Below, one piece after another: positions 27,301 through 38,700 of a DNA stretch of 64,000 nt (position 1 is the first letter of the stretch; the number at the start of each line of letters is the position of its first letter). The DNA is taken from contig OZ004615.1 of NCBI GenBank assembly GCA_963924565.1, forward strand, positions 7,192,001 through 7,256,000. The letters run 5' to 3'. The DNA comes from Ascidiella aspersa. Lineage: Eukaryota. Position numbers and translations under genes: made by a program. The notes beneath the pieces were generated by a model, which was given only the letters and a program-made list of their open reading frames with translations, had not been told where the DNA came from and searched no databases.

Positions 27301-30300
27301 GGCACCCATATATAGTACACAAGATGCTGTCTGAAATACTTGCCGAAATCAGTCGGCCTGACTAGATCTATAAGGCAAGTAACACCAGGCTAGAATAACA
27401 ACTATGGCAAGGTTTAAACTCACGACCTCCGGTCACATCGAAACCGTTGGCCGATTTCGGATTTTTAAACCTACTACGACTAACTTACCCTGTATGTTCA
27501 CCAAAGATCTGCGGACGAGGATGAAGAAGACGTGCTGGACATCTACGACTACCGACCTCTTATTCCCTCCAAGCGTCCTGTCGTGATCCGGGCCAGGGAA
27601 CTTCGCGAGATCCGCGATCTCAGTCCTCCGTCTAAAGTCCATTACGAGGAGGAGCCGGCCCGGAGGATGCCCGGAAGATATAAGAGCGCCGATAACGTGT
27701 CGAGGAGGAAGTGGTCACCGACGCGATACGAGGTACGGGCTTTCGATGGGAATAATCTTCTTCCGCTTGTAAGACCTGCGTGTGGTTTGTTTGATGAACC
27801 GCTATAGTGTGTTTTGTATCCAAATACTAAAAATATATCCAATTTTACCTTAAATTATATGTTTAATGTTTCCATATAAAGTGTTTATTCAAACAGAAGA
27901 ATATAATTGTTTACATTTTTTCTTTATTGTGTTTATATAAAAAGGTCGCTCAGCGTTACTCTAATTTGAAAGGATTATGTAACTAATCTACGTCTTAGTT
28001 AATTTCACCAAAACCTAGTTTTGGTATTTATCATGAGAATATACCTACTTTTGTATTTGACATCCTGCTACAATCTCAAAATATATTGCTCCAGAGTCAA
28101 AGGTTGGTAAAAAGAAACGGTTTAAGTGAATAAGATAATTTTTAGATTTTGCTATTATGCGTTACACCTAAAATATAAACAAGTGACCTAAAATGCAATC
28201 CCTAATTGTCTTGGCCTGTGTTGCAAACTCGGGCAACTATTTGCGCAAGGAGCTCCAAAGTTATAAATCCATAAAATTGCTGCTGCAAGAAACGCCCAAT
28301 CGATTTTCTCGCAACAGTCTCCCAGCGAACAGACCTCGATGGAGCGAAGATATGCCGACATCTATCGTCGGGAGTTCCTACGCAACTTTGCTGAACCAGC
28401 AGGAGCCGGGACCACTGACACCTACCGAAGATCGCGGAGCATGCACTCCTTGCGGCCTACCGTCAAGCGGGAAAGGTGTGACATTTTGTTTGTTAGGTGT
28501 TTCTCAACCTATAGTGTCGCAGTTTGAATTGGTTGGGTCGCCGACTGAAGTATAGTTTTATATTGGTTAGATTTATTGAGAATGGTTCTTACCAAGAAAA
28601 TTTGAGAAAATTCCGGAAACAATTTGAAGACATGCCCCACAATTAATAAAATTTACTTTATTTTTTCAACTTTCTTTATTTCTTCTACATCTTCACTTTA
28701 AGCTTGCAAAAAGTTCAGTGAAGACGTTTGGGTCGCCGCGAAAATCGTTAAGAAACCTTGTTTAAGGGGGATATTATAAGATTTTTTCTGCAGCGATTTT
28801 TTTACAAATGAGCCGCGTTGTTAAAGCAATTTGCTTTAGCGTTAGTCGACATTTCAGATGTTGGTTTTGTTTTGTGGTATGGCGGTACAAAAAATACTAA
28901 TGAGTTCAATAAATGAAGTTGGACTTTTTTAGTTTTTACTGAAATGACCAGTTACTGATTTTTGAGTAGAAATGTTAAAATATTTTTTTGTTTGAAAATT
29001 TTGATGTTTTTGCCACAAAGGTCAACAGTGTCTTTGCTATGGTTGATCACACGTCCCCAAATAGAAGTTCGATGTGTAATTAAGTTTAGTATAATAAAAA
29101 AAACATGAATACTAAAGCATTAAAAAAACAAAAAAACAAAAAAAAACATGAATACTAAAGCGTTTAGCATATCAATGCTACCAAGTTGATGGTCCATGTA
29201 AAAAATACAATACAGTTTGTTTGATGTTTCTTCAAAAATTGTACCTGTACCAGACTTCTAAAAAAGGCTAGAAAATTATTGATCAAGCGCCAGCGAAACC
29301 TAAAGCCAAATAGTAGAGCATGGAAATACCATGTGAAGGTTGCTCCTAAGTGGCCTATGTTTAGACAGCAACTTGATTTCTTTGTAACCAGCGCAATAAC
29401 TCTTTACACGACCGACACAGATCCGCCTCCAGCGAAAACCGTCGCTCTCTGTCGCCGTCTAGCGTGAGTGCGATCGCGTCCTCGGGCAGTCGAAGGTCGT
29501 GCGATTCCTACCTGGCCGCCGGTCTCTCGTACGAGGACGAGGACATGTACCGGAGATACAGCGACATGCCTTTCGAGTCCACCTTCGCCCGGCGAGTCTT
29601 TAGCGAGACTCGTCTCAACAGGCAACACCTGGACGCGGCGACGCGTGACGCCGGTTACCGTCCGGCGTCGATGATGCGGAACCGAGACCCTGCCGACCGT
29701 ACGTCGTAGATTTGAGCTTACTTTTTTGGAGCCAATCGGCAGAAGACATGAATCCACATTTAATAACAAATGTATTATCTGCGCACATTGTTAGCATGAA
29801 AATAGTGATATACAGAGTAATCTTGTGGTTTCACGTTTTGTGAAAACCACTCCAGTAAAACAAAATTTGTCGTTCGCTTTGCTTTTGTTTATGTTTTCAA
29901 CTATCGCGGTCTTAAGTGCACCGAATATTCAGAGGTGAAGGACCAGATATGTCGGTATATTAAAACTAAAATCTAAAGTGTAAATCAACTCTAAAAGAAA
30001 TATATACTTTTTAAAGGTAAACAATAAACTGTTTGCATTCTAATTTTTGAAAGTTCTCATTTTTTACTGTATGTGAGGTTGCTTATCTACTCTCCATATC
30101 TCAATGGTTAAATGCTAATGGAAAATGTTTTATTTTTAGGGACTAAAAGGTCTCATGTAACCAGCTGGGCACTCGGAGACCAATATGATGTGTAAGTGAA
30201 ACCGTTTTGACCATATTTGTTGTTGTTTTGGTGGGCGACTACATTCGTATGGGATTAAATAAGCGTGCGTAAGTTATACAGCACTTGCTCATTCTCTGAT

Positions 30301-31050
30301 GTAGTAGCACCATATACGCTTGTGTCGGCCTGGACACTAACTCAAACCTGGGAAAACTACAAACCCCGCGGTCCGCCAAATCAAATTTAATTCGTCCCCG
30401 GGAATATTTTAATAAAAAAAATTAGGCAAAATAAGCATTTTTTAAATTTTACAATTTTTTATTAAATTAATACATTTGTGAAGCATCCTTAACTATTTCT
30501 ACTCTACCTAGTGTAAAAAAAATTAACAAAAAATATATACAGCTTTTCTTACACAAGTGTAGTGGTTCTCATCCGGGGTGCCGCGGTACTACAGGGTGCC
30601 ATTTTTGACGCTCAAAAGTGCCGAGTGATATTTTAATTTTTTTAGGACTTCGATTTTTGCTCTATTGGTAAGATGCAATTTTTTGTGTACGATGGACACC
30701 CGAGAAAGGGTGTCGCAAACTATTTATAATTTCTGTAAGGTGCGGCAAGCCAAAAAAGGTTGCGAAAAACTGCACTATGTAGGGACTAGACTAGAGGAAT
30801 CACGCTTTTTAATATCGATATTTTATATCCCCGTTTTGACACTGTCCTCCTATGTATATTTTGTTTGTCATACGTCCTCTTAGCCAACAAGAACTACCCA
30901 CCCCTGCGCTTTTACTATGGTAATAAACCAATATGTTTGGTTTTGACTTGCAGTCCAAAAGCGTCCAGCGTAAAAGACGGCTATAGCGCCGCGCGACGGA
31001 GTAGAGATACGATACCTTCAATCCCCAAATTCGTCAAAAGCGTGAGGTAG
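21360..31050 (+). CDS. FERM-domain protein (band 4.1/EPB41L-like, divergent) with a long disordered R/S/P-rich tail; 10 coding exons, 838 aa
   Basis: Exons 21360-21658, 23046-23268, 23840-23969, 24750-24937, 25808-26673, 27507-27732, 28318-28475, 29421-29698, 30140-30191, 30954-31050 (TAG) sum to 2517 nt with consistent phases. FERM motifs: CLFLDG..ATGEDLFKSVC (F1), QTRQDLLTGRLTCP..LLASYWLQSEYGD (F2), LEMYGVHFY, WGTIRAISFK and AKSVWRTAVDMH (F3). An in-frame TGA at 21288 upstream of the ATG supports the start. Confidence 0.88.
21917..22663. mobile_element. hAT (Charlie-like) non-autonomous element in FERM-gene intron 1
   Basis: Perfect TIR CAGGGGTCGGCAACCT, subterminal GCGGGCCG repeats, and TSD ATCTATAG/GTCTATAG. 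Confidence 0.88.
23330..23545 (+). mobile_element. Degenerate second copy of the tRNA-derived SINE, in FERM-gene intron 2
   Basis: B-box-like GTCGTGAGTTTCGAACCTT (~23366-23384) followed about 130 nt later by GATCGTTGGTCAAA and GGACTGGATCACAGTTGTTG, in the same order and similar spacing as in the 44006 element. Confidence 0.55.
24384..24672. mobile_element. hAT-like MITE; related degenerate copies at about 30560-30772 and 48452-48680
   Basis: Ends CAGTGATTGTTAACC / GGTTAAGAAACACTT; perfect TSD AATTAGAC. Confidence 0.7.
26690..26860. repeat. GACTTG/GACTTA-motif array, the subterminal region of a hAT-like family also present at about 2692-2760 and, inverted, at about 63310-63390
   Basis: Repeated (T)GACTTGACTTAA motifs. 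The other copies carry the terminus CAGTGTTGTAATGA / TCATTACAACACT. Confidence 0.55.
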
Positions 31051-32355
31051 TCAGTTTTCTGGTCGTCGACGGATGAACGTGGAAACAAAAACACTGTGCC
31101 AAATTTTGCCAAGTTTCTCTCATGTTTGTTGTTCAAACGGCATTCGTGTGTTGCAAAGCGTAGCCTGTAGCTAAACTAAAACATACGCAAGTCGAATAAA
31201 AATGCACATTTGCGACAGTAACTGCTTTGATATGTGGCTTATTTTCTGTACCGGTAGATAACGAAACTATTATGCTTTAAAAGGTAGCTTTTTCGCTATA
31301 TTTGTGTCGCCAATAAATTTCTTTTTGTCGTGATATCTTTGCAGCTGATTTAGTCGTGTAACATTTATATATAAAAAACAAGAAATAAGACCTAAACCCC
31401 TAAAAAAAGTTTTAAACCAACCTTTAAACCAGTATTTGTGCGGCGTATTTTTGTGCCAGTGGTTCTGCGGCGTATTATGCGTGGTGACTGTAGGAAAGCG
31501 TCTCGATTTTAAGCTAAAAATATGGTACTCTATTCTAATGTATTGATGACATATTCCAAAGGTCTGGTTAAGCTTTACAAGTTGCAGACAACAAATTGCT
31601 AAATCATTACTGGTTTCTGATGTGGGAATTAATGTGTTTTTTCCCAAAATAGTTAACAGAAATTATGACCAGCAATAAATTACCAACAGAATCAAGGGGT
31701 TAAGGTTATCGGGAAAAAAGTTAACCCAAAATTACTTTATTAGCCGGGTAAATAGCCTCAGGAAGTTCCTAAGGCTATTTGATTTTTTTACGCTGGCACC
31801 CATATATGTCGATACGAAGTTCGAACTGCTTTAGTGTCCTGGTGAATAGCCGGTTCCAAAAACAATTATCAAATTAATGTCGATAATATTCATGTTTATC
31901 AATATTTTATGACTTGTAGCTGGTTTTAAGAATTTGTAGCAAAACTATTGTAGCCGAAAAATAGTAAGTATAAAAAGACTGTAGGGACATAGGCGTAGCC
32001 AGGGGGTGCCACAAGGGCAAACATGTTATAAATATTGTACTCTTTAAAAAAATGTTTAGTAGCATTTATAAGCAGTACCACAACACTCCACACTCCACAG
32101 ATATGCCACATCTTTAACTGTCATGTACTGTTACGTCACAAACGATGTAGTTATTATTACGTTTGCTATACTTATTAATGTAGTTTTATTACTTTTTAGT
32201 CATTTTGTTTTTGCTCTTTGAATGTTTGTTAGGTATTGCGTTAAAACTCAGTCAGTTCCTGATCGAAACGGATTGCTGGCATATTTATTTGTGTTCGATA
32301 CGGCAGTTCATACAATGACAAAAGCTAAATAAAAATATTAAAAGATTCAATTTTT

Positions 32356-32609
32356 GGCGCTCTTTTACTTATGTACGTGAAAATTAATAAAAAAAAACTT
32401 TCTTCAAATGCCGCATACCACAATGCATATTGTTTGAAATAGGGTGCGAGTTAGCGTTTGGTTGAGGGTGGGTCAAGTTATTATTAATAATAAACATAAG
32501 ATTACTTGACTCACCCAAACGCTAACCCAAACAATATGCGTTATGGTATGCGGTATTATTTTGTTTTGTTTTTTGCATAACATTTCACGTACATAAGTAA
32601 AAGAGCGCC
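32356..32609. mobile_element. Foldback MITE type A, nested in a hAT-like element (about 31988-32652)
   Basis: Close match to 3097-3369; flanks CAATTTTT/CCATTTTT. The host element ends are CATAGGCGTAGCC and GGCTACGCCACTG. Confidence 0.8.
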
Positions 32610-33527
32610 CCATTTTTTTTCCCCAAAAAAATTTCGGCTGGCTACGCCACTGGGCGCTCTTTCACTTCTGTGTAGGACAGGCCGTAGGAAATGAGTTTTT
32701 ATCTACTACACTGGTGATATCTGGCTGGCTTAGAGGTTGAGCACAGTCTGACTCCGCGTCAAATTACGAAGTATAGAACACGTATCGAACAATGCTGATT
32801 ATGGTTTCATCTGGTACGGTAATATGAGACATTTTAAATATTATGCATTTTGAAGAGTTTAATAAAAAAGACAAATTTAGAGAAAGTCAAAATTTATATT
32901 TTCCAAGGCCAACAGACTCTGAAAAGCAAATTCGAGAAATTTAGCTTTAATAAGGCCAATCTGGCAATCCTGGTGGAGATAGGCTGTTTCCTTTCGGGTC
33001 ATTTGTCAATAATACGTTATTTAAGCTAACAATCGTTATTTATAAACTATTATGACGTCAGTGTACGTAAAGGTGATAAACAATTTAGAAAAGAAACAGT
33101 TGTTAATGGAGTTTTTGATTAGCAGGGCTGCATTATGTGTGTGAAAAATATTCAATCAACAAAAAACAATTAAGTGAAATAGTTACGCCTTAGAATGTGT
33201 ATACTAAGGTCATACCCACTTTGAAAAAGAAGGGTTGCTAATACGACATGTAAGTGAGTTAGTAGGTGTTAAAGTTAAAGCATCAACAAAAATGATAAAA
33301 TTGGGCCGATTACCAGAATGTGACAAAAGTTTTGTCCTTATTTTCATAGAATGCGAACAAGCCGGGTAGTACTCTATGGTAGTTTACTCGGTAAATTTCC
33401 ATTACACGGTGCGATACCAAATGTTCAGTTCAAACTTTCAAGTTGCATGCTACAGCATTTGCAAACTTTTCTAGTTAGTAAAACTTATTAAGCAACGTCC
33501 GCGGATTTAGGAAAGATAAGAAATAAA

Positions 33528-33840
33528 GGCGCTGGTCTAGAATCCTACCACAGTTCTAAAATCAACGCACAAAATTTGAGTTAGGTTGCGGGTTAGCGTT
33601 TGGGTGTGGGTGGGTCAAGTATTATTATATTCTTTATTTAATAATAATACTTGACCCACCTTTACCCAAACGCTAACCCGCACCCTAACCCAAAAGGTGT
33701 TTCGTTGTGGTAGGATTCTAGACCAGCGCAAATAGTGAAAGAGCGCCCATTTTTTTTGGTTAGGGATTAGCATTTGGTTGGGTCAAGCATTATTAATAAT
33801 AATAGTACTTGACCCACACCAAACCCTAACCCAAATATTG
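33528..33840. mobile_element. Foldback MITE type B (33528-33729, inverted relative to the 3433 copy), followed by a type A terminus and a core fragment
   Basis: GGCGCTGGTCTAGAATCCTACCACA...TGTGGTAGGATTCTAGACCAGCGC, then AATAGTGAAAGAGCGCC and another GGGTCAAG/CTTGACCC hairpin core. Confidence 0.8.
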
Positions 33841-34875
33841 TGCGTAAAGCATAATTTGTAGATGATACTTTTTTGCTTTTGTATATGTACCAAATAGAAA
33901 GAATCCCCAACTTCTTTACACATATCTCAGTCTGGAAAGCATGGCAGGTCTGGACGTGATCTTGCAGGTGCACAGCCCAAAAATTTCTGTGACCGGGTGC
34001 AATAAATGTAAAAAAAGTGCACCATGGGCGCACTTTATGATTTTCTGATGCACTGTGTATTGCATACGTATTGCACTGTAAATGTATGTTGATTTTTTTG
34101 GGCAGTTTAGATTTTTTTCGAGGGCACTTTTTAAAGGTTGAAAAGTTGCACTTGCCATACTTTCCACAGTGGCACATATCATGTTTTTAAAACAAGTTTA
34201 ATTTTTGTATGGAATATTGCGGATTGCCTCCAACTTAATTTGACTGGATGTGTAAATTGACTTGGCCAAAAACGTAAATCCAGTGGCATTTTGTGACAGG
34301 TGCACACCCAATAATTTTTCTAAATAAATTTGTGTGCACACCTGGATTGATATGTTGCGCACTTTTTGTTAAAGAATTTCCAACTGGTACTCAAAAAAAC
34401 ATAATAGCATACCTCTAAATTTGGTTCTGCACACCTGAGATCTTTACATGAAATGCAGACTGGAAGTAGATGATTCAACTACTTTAAATTTAATGACTCT
34501 TATCTTAATCTGAAGTGCAGTTTTAAAGAAAGTTCTAAGTTTTCTTGTTTTACTAGGAACTTAATTTGTTTTGCAGAATCCTATTTAAAACATTAATCTT
34601 TTTGCTTCCAATGGGAGCACCTTTCCAATTTTCAAAGCTTCTTCAAAATTTTGCCATAAATCAAAGAAATCTATCTTTAAAATCCCCCAGAAGAAGTTTG
34701 AATCCCCACGCAAAAAATTTTATTGGCTGGTATGTTGTGAATATTTTTTTAATAACGTTATGTAAATTTTTAGCTGAATCACAATTGTATTCCGTTGCCT
34801 TCCCGCTAAGGTGACGCCATTTGGTTTAAAATATTGCTGTTTTATAACTAAAAATAGCTTTTCTGGTGTACAAAT

Positions 34876-35297
34876 CAGGGCTGCGGAGTCGGTTGAAAAC
34901 AACTCCGACTCCGGCCAAAAAAATACACCAGAGTCCGACTCCCAAGTCCGACTCCAGCCAAATGTGCGATTTTGTTGAGTCCCGAGTCCAGCTCTGACTC
35001 TACAGTCTGTATTTTACCCATTTACGCAACTAAATTAAGGTGGATTTTCTGCAATCCACTCATATTGGTGTCATAATTGATCCACCCGCATTACATGGTT
35101 TAAAAATATTTCACATTTGCTATTACACTTTTACAACTTAATTTTTTTCCGCCTTAACAGTTTTAAAATTTGATACAGCGCATGCGCACTTTTGACTCGG
35201 GAGTCTGGTAGTTTTACGCGGTCTTACTCGAGTCCCGAGTCTGACTCCGGCAAAACAAACCGACTCCGTCGAGTCCGACTCCGACTCCGCAGCCCTG
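34876..35297. mobile_element. hAT-like MITE with GACTCC/GAGTC subterminal arrays, about 0.4 kb upstream of the HIBCH ATG
   Basis: Perfect TIR CAGGGCTGCGGAGTCGG; perfect TSD GTACAAAT. Confidence 0.9.
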
Positions 35298-35707
35298 GTA
35301 CAAATTACAGCATTTTGGCTAAAAAATGTTGGCAGTCATTTTCAGTAGCCACAAAATATACAATCATAACTTGGTATTATATACACATTTGATAATATTA
35401 TTACTTGTTTAAATATATTTCCAAACTATTTGCTAATTTGTCTACTAGAAATGTCGTAAAATTCTGCCATCGATATATTTAAACATTTTAACTTTAAAAT
35501 GCTAATAAAATAAGTTTGAGCAAATGTAACAGGTGTATTTTCGAACTATATCTTATTCACTGTTTCTGTTGGCAGGATAATTGGAATTCCTACAGCAGTA
35601 CTAAGCTTCTTCTACGTTAAATCAATCATTGACGCCAGAAGAAAAGAAGAACTAAAAGCCTCACAGCAAATGCAAAGAAGTGCAGTTGAAACTCTAAAAA
35701 AACAATA

Positions 35708-38700
35708 ATGCTGCCACTCAAAAGTGTATTTAGGATCCAAGTCGTTTCCAGGCATCTTAGCCAAACAGGACTAAAACCTTCTTCTTCACAAAATATCTGT
35801 CTTCCATGCAAATTTAATGCAACTCCATTTTTTCGAAATATGTCGTCCAAATATGTTGAGGATGATGTTTTGTTCAACAAAATTGGTGGTGCTGGTGTAA
35901 TAACACTGAACAGACCAGAAGCATTAAATGCCTTGAACCTCAGCATGATCCAAAAAATCTATCCCAAAATTAAGGTAAGTGTTTTCTTTTTTTTAATCAG
36001 AGGTAGCTCCTGTTTATTAACCAAATTCCTTTATTACATATCCTAAAACATGACTGTTCTAACAATGGTTAATAAATTACAGGAATCTAGTCACAAATGT
36101 TTTTAAGTTCAACGAATTAAAAAGAAATTACCTTAAATAACTTACACCGGTACTATTTCTGTATTTTGAGTATGTGGTTTAATCCAATAAAACTGTTTGA
36201 TCAAAAATATTTGGAATCTGTTTTTTATTATAATACGTTTTACACCTACTGGTCATAAAAAAAAAACAATTTTCAAAGCAAATATGGTGTCTTGCAGTCA
36301 GCTTAGAGTGGCATTCACAAGCAATTGGCCTCCAATATACTAATCCAAAAAGTAATTTAGACACCATAGTCAACAAATCTGTGTAACAGATCACATATCA
36401 GTTGAACTCCCATTTTTACTAAAAATATTAACTGAAAAAACTAGTGTTACATGCTAGCACAGCTGTTTTAAACAAAGTATTTGTCATATTAAATAAGGAT
36501 TTAATCCATTTAAGAGGTTAAGGTCCTATTAAGTCTGGCTTTGACAAATATGTGCTATATTAATATGATCTATTTCTCTGATATTTTGTAATCAGGAATG
36601 GGAGGAAGACCCCAAAACCACCATGATTATAATGAAAGGTGCTGGTGACAAGGCATTTTGTGCTGGAGGTGATGTAAGATCCATTACTGATGCAGCCAGG
36701 CTTGGCAACTTTGAAGCAGGTATATATTGGAATGTTTTTCAGCTTTAAATCACTATTTTCCGACTTACTCAAAATATAATTTTCCAAATTATCAAAAACC
36801 TAGATCTATCTGTTTATTTTATCTGTGGAGTAATATGCAAATTATAATTATCATCTAAAAATCAGCCATTTTTGTATAACTCTATTTTGTTTGTATTACA
36901 AGTTCTTAATCTACCATAATATTAAATAAAGCACCTTAATTGTGAAAATTTTTAATTCTATGTGCAATAAAAAATATATCTTAAATATTGTTGGTGCAGG
37001 CTTTCAATAAATATTTTTTCACTAATATCACATAATATCAATGTTTTCTCAATTAAGTTATATTTTACTCTTGTTACTTTCATTGTTGAAGTTTCCTACT
37101 TTGTGCACATTGTGATTCTCTCTTTCTCTATTTGCACTTTCTTCAGGCCAAGACTTCTTTAGATCTGAGTACCGCTTAAATTATAGAATTGCTACTTGCC
37201 TTGTACCTTACATCGCTTTCATCGACGGGATCACGATGGGTGGTGGGGTTGGCTTGTCGGTTCACGGAGAACATCGGGTGTGCACTGAACGAACGCTTTT
37301 CGCAATGCCTGAAACAGCAATAGGTATGCATTGTGATGTTTAACTTGTTTTTTGTTTACTTGAATAGTTTTTTAAGCTATTCAAAACACATAAAAATTAA
37401 AGTGATTTTTTGTTCTGGAAAATGAACATTTAGGGGAGTGATTTATTTAGAAATACAATTTGCTTTGTTTTTCTTTTTTTTTTTTAAACGCCGGCATGTT
37501 AGAGAGTTATACATGTCATTTCCAAAAGAGTGCTAAAAGCTGAATAGGCTTGCAAGAAAGTAGTGCCAACATTTGTTACTTTGCAATCACTTATATATAA
37601 CGAATAATGCTTTCTGCGTCACGACTTTCACGATCTTAAAAATTCGCGTTGCAAACTTTAAACACATTTCCAATGAAACACTCTGTCAACCTATGCTTGT
37701 CGCCGCAATAGCAAGCAAAGCATGTTTTCCGATTGCTTTATCGTTCCCCGTTAAAGGTTTATTTCCCGATGTGGGGGGCTCTCACTTCCTGCCCCGGCTC
37801 AGCAAGCATCTGGGCCTCTACCTGGCCCTGACAGGTTACAGGCTGAAGGGCAGGGACGTGTACAAGGCAGGGGTGGCCACAAGGATGGTGGACAGCTCCG
37901 TACTTCCCCGTCTCGAGAGCGACCTCGTAGCGATGGAGGCGCCTTCGCAACAAGACATAGTCGACGTAAGTAACGGATCGGTCGTTGTTAATGTTTTGCG
38001 ATAATATTACATGGGAGCCGTTTAGCATATTACCGATAATAGTCATTCAAAATTAGGGTGGTGGCGATGCGACACTAAAATGATATGCCATTCGAGCTAT
38101 GGTTTAAAATCCAACGCAACGATGATCAGTGACGAAGTGTTTATAGGTCCAGCAATGTCCGGTGTTTTTTTTGCCACGTTGGCTGTCATTTTTATTACTC
38201 CCAGCTCCAACCAGCTGGCACATTCAATGCAGTTCGCGGCTGATATGCCATTCGAGCTATGGTTTAAAATCCAACGCAACGATGATCAGTGACGAAGTGT
38301 TTATAGGTCCAGCAGTGTCCGGTGTTTTTTTTGCCACGTTGGCTGTCATTTTTATTACTCCCAGCTCCAACCAGCTGGCACATTCAATGCAGTTCGCGGC
38401 TGCTTCATGTGTCACTTTCTGTTGCCGGTAAAACCTCGTCGTATGTGATAATTGGTTGACGCTTCGTTTAGTCATGCTCGGACAACTTTTTTCCCTATTT
38501 CCGAATCAATATTTATATTACACGTGTTTAAAACAGTACAAGATATCTGCTTTACAGTTTTTTTTGCACATCCTTTTTACTAAATTAGTTAGTTTTAATT
38601 TCGTACGTAAAAACAGTTTGATCATCGCTTTTGGTAATTCCAGAAATTTCTTGAGCAGGCGCTTACATTTATTCATTAGGTTTTTGTCACATAGGCAAAG

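Noticed and set aside
28193-28555. 120-aa plus-strand ORF as a FERM exon
   Set aside because: Wrong frame. The phase-consistent exon is 28318-28475 in the SPSEQTSMERRY frame.
34876-35297. CRISPR-like or coding interpretation of the GACTCC repeats
   Set aside because: Short irregular motifs inside a TIR/TSD-bounded MITE in a eukaryotic genome, with no repeat-spacer periodicity.
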